DNA of 32,000 bases from Crocosphaera subtropica ATCC 51142 (lineage in GTDB: Bacteria; Cyanobacteriota; Cyanobacteriia; Cyanobacteriales; Microcystaceae). Positions 9,633 through 18,960 of the stretch are shown here, piece after piece (positions within the stretch are counted from its first letter, which is position 1; each line of letters opens with the position of its first letter). The position numbers were made by a program, and so were the translations under genes. Location: NCBI RefSeq assembly GCF_000017845.1, contig NC_010546.1, forward strand, positions 3,090,001 through 3,122,000, given 5' to 3'. A model generated the notes under the pieces. It did no database searches. It was not told the DNA's origin and saw only the letters and a program-made list of their open reading frames with translations.

Positions 9633-10002
9633 TGAAATTTTTTTTGCATGACAAAGCAGTGACGCTGCTGTCCGGTTAGCTCCTACAGCGAGATGACATT
9701 AACACCTGAAAATTGCCTGTCAACTTTGGAACAGATTGTTTAATTCCTTATTTTTTGAGAGCTATTGTCAATAGATGAAAATTTAGCAGAAAATACTGAT
9801 TCTGACAACGTGATGGGATTTTTTTTTGATTAAATTTACTGATTGTTCCAATTGATTTTTATAAATAAATAAGATACTTGATATCCAAGGAAGTCCTGTA
9901 ACCCCCTAATTTTCAAGCTCAGGGGTTCATTACACCCTCCCCATGAACCCGACTCTTCTCGTCAATTTTACTTTCATCCCTTAATACATGAGGACTAAGG
10001 AG

Positions 10003-10066
10003 TTGACAAAAATCTCTATTTTATTGCCTAATAGTCAATGACTTATTAAAAATAATTAGCATTAAA
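10003..10066 (+). promoter_or_regulatory. Candidate sigma70-type promoter (TTGACA-N18-CCTAAT) followed by an AT-rich palindrome that could be a Fur-type operator
   Basis: TTGACA is at 10003-10008 and CCTAAT at 10027-10032. TTATTAAAAATAATTAGCATTAA at 10043-10066 contains the palindrome TTATT-AAA-AATAA. It lies about 160 nt upstream of the operon that includes the TonB-dependent receptor. This is pattern only. Confidence 0.2.
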
Positions 10067-10225
10067 AACCGTGTTATGAAAAATTTACAACCAATCACAA
10101 CAATATTTGCAATATCTAGGGAGTTTCAAATGAATAGAACGATCCCATACTGATCCTCTGGTCTAAAACGAAAATCCCTTTGAGCCATTTTTCAACAACT
10201 TTAGCCAAAACCACTGTTTTCAACC

Positions 10226-10954
10226 ATGATATTATCATCCCCCCCTGTGAATACAGACCCCTTTTTACTTGAAATTGACCACCTTGTCATTTACACAGCA
10301 GAGCCGATCGCTGCCGTCTCCATGTTGCAAGAACTGGGACTCCATAGCTCTAGTCAGACATTGCGACGAAACAATCAAGGAACGGCCTCAACGATCTTTT
10401 TCTTTGAAAATATCTATCTCGAAATTGTCTGGATCGAAGATTACCAAAAAGTTCAGCACTATAGGACACAAACAAACATCGATATTCTCTCTCGGGTTAA
10501 CTGGAAACAGACCGGAGCCTCTCCCTTTGCCATCGGTTTACGTCAGACAACCAGTCTCAGTCGTTTACCCTACGGTGATGATGATAATGGAATCTCCCAA
10601 AGGCTTAACGTGAATGGATGGGTAAACTTTGCCTCGGATAATCTGGCCACCCTATCCGAACCAATTTGTTATAGTATTTCTAATTTAATGGCCTTAACCA
10701 CCTGGCTCGATAATTCTTCTGAAGAACATCAACAATTGATCACCCATCCCCTTAACATCAAAAAATTAACAGACCTTCAGATCACCTTGACCCAACATAA
10801 CTTACTGACTCAAGCCGTTTCCTTGCTAGAGTCTCATAACCTTGTGTCCATCAACCGAGGAACAGCCCCCCAATTAGATTTAACCTTTGACCATCACCAA
10901 CAAGGGCAATACATTGATGTTCGACCAATTTTACCATTGGTACTGAAATATTAA
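10226..10954 (+). CDS. VOC-superfamily (glyoxalase-like domain) protein
   Basis: 242-aa ORF. The N-terminal LEIDHLVIYTAEPIAAVSMLQELGL...GTASTIFFFENIYLEIVWIED matches the Glyoxalase_3-type pattern (IDHLV...A...LGF...GT.N..F....YLELI.I.D). The stop is 3 nt before the receptor start, so the two look translationally linked. Confidence 0.55.
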   Translation: MILSSPPVNTDPFLLEIDHLVIYTAEPIAAVSMLQELGLHSSSQTLRRNNQGTASTIFFFENIYLEIVWIEDYQKVQHYRTQTNIDILSRVNWKQTGASPFAIGLRQTTSLSRLPYGDDDNGISQRLNVNGWVNFASDNLATLSEPICYSISNLMALTTWLDNSSEEHQQLITHPLNIKKLTDLQITLTQHNLLTQAVSLLESHNLVSINRGTAPQLDLTFDHHQQGQYIDVRPILPLVLKY

Positions 10955-10957
10955 GTA

Positions 10958-13630
10958 ATGAAGCAATCTCTTTTTTTTCCCAGTCTTTTTGTGAGTAGTG
11001 CGATCGCCGTATGTGTTTCCCAACCTGCTTGGAGCCAGCCACTTCCCCCCATTGTCCAGATCACCGATCTACGGTTAGAGGCAACGGCAGAAGGGTTGGC
11101 TTTGGTCATTACCACCGCCGACGGTTCACCCCCGCAATTTTTTGAAACCCGCTCAGGGAACACCCTCGTCATCGATTTATTGGATGCTCGGTTGAGCTTA
11201 CCGGGGGGAGGAAAAGAGTTTGTTCAGCAAAACCCCGTCGAAGGGATTGCTTCAATTACCATTAAACAACAGTATCAAACAGGGGTATTCGTCACCATTG
11301 TGGGAGAAACAGAGGTTCCCGTTGCCCAACTGACCACAACCCCCTCCGGACTGGCTGTTCGCTTGCCTGAAACGGGAACAGGGGCGATCGCCCGAACCGA
11401 AATCCCCTCACAAGCCCCTGAAGTTTCTACCACCCCCCCTGACTTGCAACCCCCTGGGTCAACGACTGCCCCGCCGATACCTGGGGAAGAGCCTCAAACT
11501 CCAGTTCAGCCCCCTACCGGTCCCGAAGAATTGCCCGAAGTGATGGTCACTGCCGAACCAGATCCACCACCCCCCCCAGAACCTACCCCAGACCCTCCCC
11601 CGCAACCCCCTCGCTCTCCCTTAGCCGACCGAAGCTATACCCCTCCGAAAACCTCCTCCGTCTCTAGGGATGATTCGCAAATCTTAGACACAGCCCAAGA
11701 CATTGATGTGGTGACAGAAGAAATCATTGAAGACCGTGCTGACCGAACGGTAGGAGAAGCCTTAGAAAATATTAGTGGGGTCACCAGTGGTCGCGCTCCC
11801 ACCAGTTCTGTGGCCTTAACGCCGATTATTCGGGGGTTTGAGTCACAAAATATCCTGAGAAACGGGATGAGAGATGATACCCAGCGATTTTTTGGAGGAA
11901 TTACCACTAATGTAGAACGGATCGAAGTGTTGAAAGGGCCTGCGTCCATTTTGTTTGGTCAAGGAAACCTAGGGGGAACGGTGAATTTAGTGACGAAAGT
12001 TCCCCAACCTGAGTCATTCTTTTCCTTTGAATTTCGAGCCGGGGAATACGATTTTTATCGCCCTGAAATCGATCTTACCGGACCGCTTAATGAGGATGGG
12101 ACAGTGTCCTATCGTCTTGCTGCGTCCTTTGAAACCGCCCGTACCTTCAAAGACTTTGAAGACATTGAAGAGCGTATTTTAATTGCTCCTTCTGTGCGTT
12201 GGGATATTAGCGATCGCACACAAATGATCATTGAAGCAGAGTATATTAAAGAAAAAACCAATGCTCTGGCTCCTGAGTTGCCCGCCGAAGGTACGGTTTT
12301 GAGGAATCCCAACACAGATTTTGAAGGGGAGTTACCCATTGACCGAAATTTAGGAGAACCCTCCTTAGTCGAGAGTTTTGGCTATGTTTCGAGGGTGGGG
12401 TATCGCTTTAAGCATGAGTTTAGTGATAATTGGACCTTTAAAAACGAATTTCTAGCTGCTTTTGGACGAGTGCCAGAAGGGGATGGTAGTGTCTTCATTT
12501 TACCTGTTTCCCTCGGAAGAGATTTGCGGACTTTGACCCGTTTACTGGCAGAAAATCCCTCGAAAGCAGATAATTTCACCATCAATACTACCCTGGTGGG
12601 TAATTTTAAGACTTGGGACATTGACCATAAATTGCTCTTAGGGTTTGAGTATGCTGAAGAACAAACCGAAGATGTGTTAGTCTTTCGGCAAATCGATCCC
12701 ATTGATATTTTCAACCCTATCTATCGTCCTGAGTCCGTAGACCAACCGTTAACCTTCCAAGATTTTCAGTCCCATTTGAATGCGTCAGGGTTTTATTTTC
12801 AAGACCAAATTACCTTATTTGACCGTTTTATTGTGGCCTTGGGCGGACGGTTTGATTATACAGATTTAACCTATACTGATTTTCTGCGAGAAGAAACCCT
12901 AGAAATCAACGATGAGGTGTTTAGTCCCCGTGTTGGCCTCGTTTATAAAGTAACCGATAATATTTCCCTGTATGGTAGCTTTGCCCGTTCCTTTGAACCC
13001 GTTGTTGGCCAAAGTTTTGAGGGAGAGGTATTTGACGCAGAGCGAGGAAAACAGTATGAAGTGGGGGCAAAAGCTCTTTTGTTAGACGAAAAGCTTTCCC
13101 TTTCTGTGTCATTCTACGATTTAACCCGAACCAATCAACTCGAACAAGATCCCGAAAATGCCGGGTTCCAAATCCAAATTGGAGAACAGAGAAGTAGTGG
13201 CTTTGAATTTGATATGATTGGGGAAATTTCACCAGGATGGAATATTATTGGGACATATAGTTACACCGATGCCTTTGTTTCGGAAGACTTAAGACCCGAA
13301 TTTGAGGGGCGCAAACTCCCTAATGTTCCCCTCCACGCAGCCAGTCTCTGGACAACTTACACGTTCCAAGAAGGAACCTTTGAAGGGTTAGGATTTGGGT
13401 TTGGTTTATTTTACCAAGATGAGCGTCAAGGGGATTTGGCCAACACTTTTGTCCTTCCTGCTTATATCAGAACGGATGCTGCTTTATTTTATCGTCTTGG
13501 AGATATTCGGATAGCTTTTAATGTCAAGAACCTATTTGACCACGAATATTATGAAGGAGCGAGGAGTCGTAGTAGAGTTAATCCAGGCGCACCCTTTACC
13601 TTCCAAGGAACCCTCTTTTGGCAATTTTAA
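10958..13630 (+). CDS. TonB-dependent (siderophore-type) outer-membrane receptor with an N-terminal AMIN-like domain and a proline-rich linker
   Basis: 890 aa. Signal peptide MKQSLFFPSLFVSSAIAVCVSQPAWS. AMIN-like segment ITDLRLEATAEGLALVITTADG..NTLVIDLLDARL. Pro-rich segment at about aa 150-215. Plug motifs: DIDVVTEEIIEDRADRTVGEALENISGVTSG and IERIEVLKGPASILFGQGNLGGTVNLVTK. The beta-barrel ends in the aromatic terminus FQGTLFWQF. Confidence 0.9.
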   Translation: MKQSLFFPSLFVSSAIAVCVSQPAWSQPLPPIVQITDLRLEATAEGLALVITTADGSPPQFFETRSGNTLVIDLLDARLSLPGGGKEFVQQNPVEGIASITIKQQYQTGVFVTIVGETEVPVAQLTTTPSGLAVRLPETGTGAIARTEIPSQAPEVSTTPPDLQPPGSTTAPPIPGEEPQTPVQPPTGPEELPEVMVTAEPDPPPPPEPTPDPPPQPPRSPLADRSYTPPKTSSVSRDDSQILDTAQDIDVVTEEIIEDRADRTVGEALENISGVTSGRAPTSSVALTPIIRGFESQNILRNGMRDDTQRFFGGITTNVERIEVLKGPASILFGQGNLGGTVNLVTKVPQPESFFSFEFRAGEYDFYRPEIDLTGPLNEDGTVSYRLAASFETARTFKDFEDIEERILIAPSVRWDISDRTQMIIEAEYIKEKTNALAPELPAEGTVLRNPNTDFEGELPIDRNLGEPSLVESFGYVSRVGYRFKHEFSDNWTFKNEFLAAFGRVPEGDGSVFILPVSLGRDLRTLTRLLAENPSKADNFTINTTLVGNFKTWDIDHKLLLGFEYAEEQTEDVLVFRQIDPIDIFNPIYRPESVDQPLTFQDFQSHLNASGFYFQDQITLFDRFIVALGGRFDYTDLTYTDFLREETLEINDEVFSPRVGLVYKVTDNISLYGSFARSFEPVVGQSFEGEVFDAERGKQYEVGAKALLLDEKLSLSVSFYDLTRTNQLEQDPENAGFQIQIGEQRSSGFEFDMIGEISPGWNIIGTYSYTDAFVSEDLRPEFEGRKLPNVPLHAASLWTTYTFQEGTFEGLGFGFGLFYQDERQGDLANTFVLPAYIRTDAALFYRLGDIRIAFNVKNLFDHEYYEGARSRSRVNPGAPFTFQGTLFWQF

Positions 13631-13648
13631 AAGATAGGAGTTATAAAA

Positions 13649-14398
13649 TTGACAGAAAATTTAGCCCAAATTGATCAATCCCCTCTCTATCATCCCGCAA
13701 TCATTCGTTTAGAAAATATCACGAAAACCTATGGCAGCAATGACATAATGGTGAAAGCGTTAGACAGTGTGAATGTAACGATAGAAAGAGGGGAATACTG
13801 TACCATTATGGGGGCATCAGGGTCAGGAAAATCGACTATGATGAATATTATTGGCTGTCTTGATCGTCCGACATCAGGAGAGTATCATTTAGATAATCTG
13901 GAGGTTTTCAATTTATCTAATTTAGAACTTGCTACTATCCGTAATCATAAAATTGGTTTTGTGTTTCAACAGTTTCATTTACTGCCTCAAATGACTGCCC
14001 TTGATAATGTAATTTTGCCCATGATCTATGGAGGTGTTTCTCGTCAGGAACGCCAAGAAAGGGCGAAATACGCCTTAGAAAGAGTGGGATTAGGAAATCG
14101 TATCCATAATCGACCCAATCAACTCTCAGGGGGACAGCAACAGCGAGTGGCCATTGCCCGTGCTATTGTTAATAATCCCATCCTCTTGTTGGCCGATGAA
14201 CCCACCGGCGCACTGGACTCCAAAACCACTGAGGAAGTTTTAGAAATTTTTGAAACCTTAAATCGATCAGGGATGACTGTTGTGGTAGTTACTCATGAAG
14301 CTGAAGTTGCTCGTCATTCTCAACGGGTAATCTGGTTTCAAGATGGCCAAGTGGTTCATTCCCATCTGAGTCCTGAGAAGGTTGGGATAACTGTTTAG
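13649..14398 (+). CDS. ABC transporter ATP-binding protein, MacB/LolD-type, stand-alone ATPase
   Basis: 249 aa. Walker [11 protein letters not shown]-loop FQQFHLLP, signature [14 protein letters not shown], Walker [14 protein letters not shown]-loop VTHE. It uses a TTG start with AGGAG 8 nt upstream. No FtsX-type permease or membrane-fusion gene is adjacent. Confidence 0.9.
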   Translation: MTENLAQIDQSPLYHPAIIRLENITKTYGSNDIMVKALDSVNVTIERGEYCTIMGASGSGKSTMMNIIGCLDRPTSGEYHLDNLEVFNLSNLELATIRNHKIGFVFQQFHLLPQMTALDNVILPMIYGGVSRQERQERAKYALERVGLGNRIHNRPNQLSGGQQQRVAIARAIVNNPILLLADEPTGALDSKTTEEVLEIFETLNRSGMTVVVVTHEAEVARHSQRVIWFQDGQVVHSHLSPEKVGITV

Positions 14399-14471
14399 AG
14401 TAATCTATATGAGTATAAGAAATTTTTTAGCATAAGTAAAAAAGAATGGTCTTTTAATCAGGAATTACGTT

Positions 14472-15293
14472 ATGGAATGGTTGTCTGCTCCCCTTAGCTT
14501 TGCCAAGTATGTATTAACGGCCTTTATCATGTATGGTTGTTTTATCCTCATTGAGCGTTTACGTCCCGTTGAACCGCATCAACCCCTAAGTCATCTCTGG
14601 TTTAACTTACGATGGTATGTTGTTTATACGTTGGTAAGTTTTGCCCTTCAAGCCATAGGAATAGGTATTGTAATTAATTTAATGCAAAATTGGTTAGGAT
14701 TACCGTTAATTAACTTACCGGTGCCGGATACCCCTTGGCTTTATGGACTGATGGCATTATTCTATTTTTTAGTTACAGATTTTTTCTATTATTGGTTTCA
14801 CCGTTGGCAACATACCACCCGGTTATGGGAACAGCATAAGTTTCATCATAGTGAAATGTCTCTGAATGTGACCAGCACACGACGGGTACATTGGTTAGAA
14901 GATCCCTTGTTACTGTTATTTTTAGGGCTTCCTATGGGATTATTGTTTCAGTTTAATGGTCTGGCGTTAGGAATTTTAACGTTTATTGAAATTCTTTGGT
15001 TACAGTTTATTCATTTGAATCTACGATTAAACTTAGGTTGGTTATCCCCTGTGATCACCGGTCCACAATATCATCGTCTCCATCATTCCTTTCAAACGGA
15101 GCATTTAGATAAGAATTTTGCTGCTTTTTTCCCGTTATGGGATATTCTATTTGGAACTTATTATCATCCCCGTCGTGATGAGTTTCCCCCCACAGGATTG
15201 ACAACAGGAGAAACTTACAATAATTTATGGGAAGCGAATCTTTTGCCCTTTCGAGGATGGCTCGGTTCTCAGTCAGTACCTGAACATAAATAA
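14472..15293 (+). CDS. Fatty acid hydroxylase / sterol desaturase superfamily integral membrane di-iron enzyme
   Basis: 273 aa with several hydrophobic helices. Histidine boxes: HRWQH (HX3H), HKFHH (HX2HH) and HRLHH (HX2HH). AGGAA lies upstream of the ATG. Confidence 0.8.
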   Translation: MEWLSAPLSFAKYVLTAFIMYGCFILIERLRPVEPHQPLSHLWFNLRWYVVYTLVSFALQAIGIGIVINLMQNWLGLPLINLPVPDTPWLYGLMALFYFLVTDFFYYWFHRWQHTTRLWEQHKFHHSEMSLNVTSTRRVHWLEDPLLLLFLGLPMGLLFQFNGLALGILTFIEILWLQFIHLNLRLNLGWLSPVITGPQYHRLHHSFQTEHLDKNFAAFFPLWDILFGTYYHPRRDEFPPTGLTTGETYNNLWEANLLPFRGWLGSQSVPEHK

Positions 15294-15362
15294 ATGTTAC
15301 TGGTTAAGTGAAGCAGGGGAAGCAGAAGGAAAGATTTTTAGTAACCAATAAAGTTTAGCGTA

Positions 15363-18300
15363 ATGATGAAAACGATTGATGAATTTTTAGCCCATCTTTA
15401 CCGTTTAGAGGTTAATCTTTGGTTAGAAGGCGATCGCCTACGCTGTAGCGCACCAGAAGAAGTATTAACCCCTGATCTCACAGAAGCACTTCAGTCCCGA
15501 AAAGGGGAGATAATTAACTTTCTCAAGCAAGTGAATCTTACGGTTAATACTGACTTAGAACCTATTAAACCCATTAACAGGGATCAACCTCTTCCCCTCT
15601 CTTTTGCTCAACAACGGTTGTGGTTCCTCGAACAGTTACAACCAGGGAGCTTTACCTATCATATTCCCACTGCGGTACGATTAACGGGTTCCCTTAATAT
15701 TCCTGTCCTAGAACAGAGTTTTAATGAAATTATTCGTCGCCATGAAACCCTACGCACCCATTTTACAATGGTCGAGGGGGAACCTGTTCAGGTTATTGAT
15801 GCAACGTTAACCCTATCTCTTCCTATTTTAAGCTTAGAATCCTTGGATGAGAGGGAGCAAGAGGCAGAAGTATTCCGTTTAGCTAGCCAAGAAGCGCAAA
15901 AACCTTTTGATTTAGCCCAAGATCCCTTACTCAGAGTTACCTTGCTGCGACTCAACCCAGCCGATCATGTGGTGCTATTGACCCTACACCATATCATTGC
16001 TGATGGTTGGTCGATGGATATTTTGATCCGAGAGTTAACCTGTCTCTATGAAGGGTTTTTAAAGGGTGAGTCGTCTCCTCTTCCCCCGTTACCGATCCAA
16101 TATGGAGACTTTGCCGCTTGGCAACGGCAACGCCTTCAAGGGGAAAAACTCGCTCAGCAACTGGCTTACTGGAAAGAGCAACTACAAGGCAGTCTCAGTG
16201 TTTTACAACTGCCCACTGATTTTTTACGCAGTAGAATACAAGGGTTTCGAGGGGGCAATGAAACGTTTACGTTATCCCCTAGGTTAACAGACAAACTTAA
16301 AGCCCTGAGTCAACAGGAAGGGGCTACTCTTTTTATGACCCTGTTGGCTGCGTTTAAGGTGCTGCTTTACCGTTACACTGGCCAGGAAGATATCATTGTT
16401 GGTTCTCCCATTGCTAACCGTAATCGTTCGGAAATCGAAGGATTGATCGGTTTTTTTGTTAACACTTTGGTATTGCGGACAAATGTAGCAGGAAATCCCA
16501 GTTTTCAGTCTTTATTAAATCAAGTGCGAGGAGTAACCTGGGGAGCTTACGATCATCAGGACTTGCCCTTTGAAAAATTAGTGGAAGAGTTACACCCAGA
16601 ACGGGATTTGAGTTACAATCCTTTGTTTCAAGTAAAATTTCGCTTAGAAAATGCGCCAACGGAGTCTTATTCTCTACCCGACTTAACCTTACGTTCTTTG
16701 AAACAGGCTTACTCTACTGCTAAGTTAGATTTAAGCTTGGATATGTATGAAACAGCAACGGGTTTAGTCGGTGGTTTTGAATATAATCGAGATTTGTTTA
16801 CCCCAGAAACCATTAACCGTATGGTAGGGCATTTTTGTACCCTGTTGGAAAGCATTGTTGATGATCCCACTCAACCGATTTCTGAATTATCTCTGTTGAG
16901 TGAAGAAGAAGAACAAACCATATTATACGACTGGAACAATACTCAAATCGATTATGCTGAAAATTGCTGCTTCCATCAACTATTTGAGGAACAAGTTGCA
17001 AAAAATCCTGATGCAGTTGCGTTAATCTTTGAAAGCCAGTCCTTAACTTATCAAGAACTGAACCAACAAAGCAATCAACTCGCCCATTATCTGCAAACGT
17101 TGGGAGTCAAACCAGAAGTTAAAGTGGGGATCTGTGTCGAGCGATCGCCTGAGATGATTATTGCGTTATTAGCCATTTTTAAGGCAGGAGGGGCTTATGT
17201 TCCCCTTGATCCGGCCTATCCCCAAGAACGGCTTGCTTTTATGGTGTCTGACTCGCAAATTTCGGTGTTATTAACCACAGAAACCTTAGCCCCAACCATT
17301 CCCCAAGCTCAAGCTCAGGTGATCTGTCTTGATAGGGACTGGAAAACGATTCGTCAAAAATCACAGGATAATCCTATCGGTGGGGTAACACCACAAAATT
17401 TAGCCTATCTCATCTATACGTCAGGCTCAACTGGCACGCCAAAAGGGGTTTTGGTGAGTCATGGAGGCTTAGTTAACTTAACCGAAGATAAAATTCGGGT
17501 GTGTCAAGTTTCCCCTGATAGCTGCGTTCTTCAGTTCTTCTCCTTTAGTTTTGATGCGTCTATCCCTGAAATAATCATGGCCTTGGGTTGTGGGGCAAAG
17601 CTTTGTTTAGCAAAATTAGAATCTTTGTTACCTGGCCCTAATCTCCTAAAATTGTTAAAAGATGAAAAAATTACCCATATAACAATTACCCCCTCTGCCC
17701 TATCGAACTTAGCCGTTACCGACTTACCCGACTTGGAAATGGTTTTAGTAGGAGGTGAGGCCCCCTCCCCTGAGCTTATAGACAACTGGTCAGGCGATCG
17801 CCTATTTATTAATGCCTACGGCCCCACAGAAGTAACCGTTAACGCCAGTATGGTTCCCTGTGGTAACGGCCATCCCACCCTTCCCACCCTTCTTCCCAGT
17901 GCCAATAAACAGCTTTATATTTTAGATCGTCATCTGCAACCCGTTCCTGTCGGAGTCTTAGGAGAGCTCCATATTGGGGGTGTGGGGTTAGCAAGGGGTT
18001 ATCTCAACCGTCCTGACTTAACTGCAGAAAGATTTATCCCCAGTCCTTTTGATCCCCCCCTTCCACTCCTTAGGAAAGGGGGGAAGAAGCAGGGAGCAAG
18101 ATTATATAAAACGGGGGATCTGGCCTGTTATTTGCCTGATGGTCGCATTAAATTATTAGGTCGTCTGGATAACCAGCTTAAAATTAGAGGGTTTCGCCTA
18201 GAAACCGGGGAAATTGAAACATTATTACAACAACATCCCCAGATTAAAGCGACTGTGGTCATAGGGCGAGAAGAGGTATCAGGAGATAAACGTTTAGTGG

Positions 18301-18785
18301 CTTATTATGTGGCTGAACCTACTGTTCCCTCGGCTAGTGAACTGCGACAGTTTTTAAGGGAAAAACTGCCCGAATATGCCATTCCTAGTGCGTTTGTTTC
18401 TTTAGAGGCTTTCCCCCTCACCCCTAACGGAAAAATTGATATAAAGTCCCTTCCTGCCCCAGAGCAGAGCCGTTCTACAGGGGACTGGTACGCCCCAAGA
18501 ACGGAAACGGAAAAAGCAGTGGCGCAGGTTTTTTCCCAAGTGTTGGAAGTGGAAAAAGTGAGCATTAATGATGACTTTTTTGACCTAGGGGGTCATTCCT
18601 TATTAGCTACTCGTTTAATCGCCCAATTACTCGAAATCTTTCCCGTTGATATCACTATTATCGATCTCTTTGAAGCTCCTACCATTATGGGACTAGCTGA
18701 ACGCATTGAAGGGAAACAAATGCGCGATCGCCTTCAAACCGTTGAAGAAGAGGTTACAGAGGAACGAGAGGAGATTGAAATTTAA
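15363..18785 (+). CDS. Non-ribosomal peptide synthetase, one module: N-terminal TubC-type beta-hairpin docking domain, C, A, T, and an acidic C-terminal tail
   Basis: 1140 aa. Dock: aa 1-55, IDEFLAHLYRLEVNLWLEGDRLRCSAPEEVLTPDLTEALQSRKGEIINFL. C domain: SFAQQRLWFL, HHIIADGWS (aa 209-217), IGFFVNTLVLR. A domain: LTYQELN, LAYLIYTSGSTGTPKGV, FDAS, NAYGPTE, YKTGDL, GRLDNQLKIRGFRLETGEIE, PNGKID. T domain: FFDLGGHSLLATRL (Ser1079). The tail ends ...VEEEVTEEREEIEI. Confidence 0.97.
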   Translation: MMKTIDEFLAHLYRLEVNLWLEGDRLRCSAPEEVLTPDLTEALQSRKGEIINFLKQVNLTVNTDLEPIKPINRDQPLPLSFAQQRLWFLEQLQPGSFTYHIPTAVRLTGSLNIPVLEQSFNEIIRRHETLRTHFTMVEGEPVQVIDATLTLSLPILSLESLDEREQEAEVFRLASQEAQKPFDLAQDPLLRVTLLRLNPADHVVLLTLHHIIADGWSMDILIRELTCLYEGFLKGESSPLPPLPIQYGDFAAWQRQRLQGEKLAQQLAYWKEQLQGSLSVLQLPTDFLRSRIQGFRGGNETFTLSPRLTDKLKALSQQEGATLFMTLLAAFKVLLYRYTGQEDIIVGSPIANRNRSEIEGLIGFFVNTLVLRTNVAGNPSFQSLLNQVRGVTWGAYDHQDLPFEKLVEELHPERDLSYNPLFQVKFRLENAPTESYSLPDLTLRSLKQAYSTAKLDLSLDMYETATGLVGGFEYNRDLFTPETINRMVGHFCTLLESIVDDPTQPISELSLLSEEEEQTILYDWNNTQIDYAENCCFHQLFEEQVAKNPDAVALIFESQSLTYQELNQQSNQLAHYLQTLGVKPEVKVGICVERSPEMIIALLAIFKAGGAYVPLDPAYPQERLAFMVSDSQISVLLTTETLAPTIPQAQAQVICLDRDWKTIRQKSQDNPIGGVTPQNLAYLIYTSGSTGTPKGVLVSHGGLVNLTEDKIRVCQVSPDSCVLQFFSFSFDASIPEIIMALGCGAKLCLAKLESLLPGPNLLKLLKDEKITHITITPSALSNLAVTDLPDLEMVLVGGEAPSPELIDNWSGDRLFINAYGPTEVTVNASMVPCGNGHPTLPTLLPSANKQLYILDRHLQPVPVGVLGELHIGGVGLARGYLNRPDLTAERFIPSPFDPPLPLLRKGGKKQGARLYKTGDLACYLPDGRIKLLGRLDNQLKIRGFRLETGEIETLLQQHPQIKATVVIGREEVSGDKRLVAYYVAEPTVPSASELRQFLREKLPEYAIPSAFVSLEAFPLTPNGKIDIKSLPAPEQSRSTGDWYAPRTETEKAVAQVFSQVLEVEKVSINDDFFDLGGHSLLATRLIAQLLEIFPVDITIIDLFEAPTIMGLAERIEGKQMRDRLQTVEEEVTEEREEIEI

Positions 18786-18960
18786 GTGTTTAATTTAGAA
18801 CTCACATCTTGCACCTTCGCTCAAACAAAGCTCCTTTAGAGAGGGAAAAGGGAACAGAGTTTATTTTGACATTGATTTTCTGTCCTTGGTTATGGAGTTT
18901 TCCTGTACTGGTGCAAGCTATCAGTAGAACCTACTTGAATTATTAAAAAAATTCTCAAAA

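Noticed and set aside
10269-11172. ORFs 10269..10613 (+), 10851..11042 (-) and 10951..11172 (-)
   Set aside because: They overlap the better-supported VOC-like and TonB-receptor ORFs in other frames or strands and have no recognisable motifs.
18866-18896. TTGACA at 18866 as an internal promoter for the hydroxylase-reductase gene
   Set aside because: No acceptable -10 hexamer lies at 16-18 nt spacing (the nearest is TATGGA at 19 nt). This is too weak to call.
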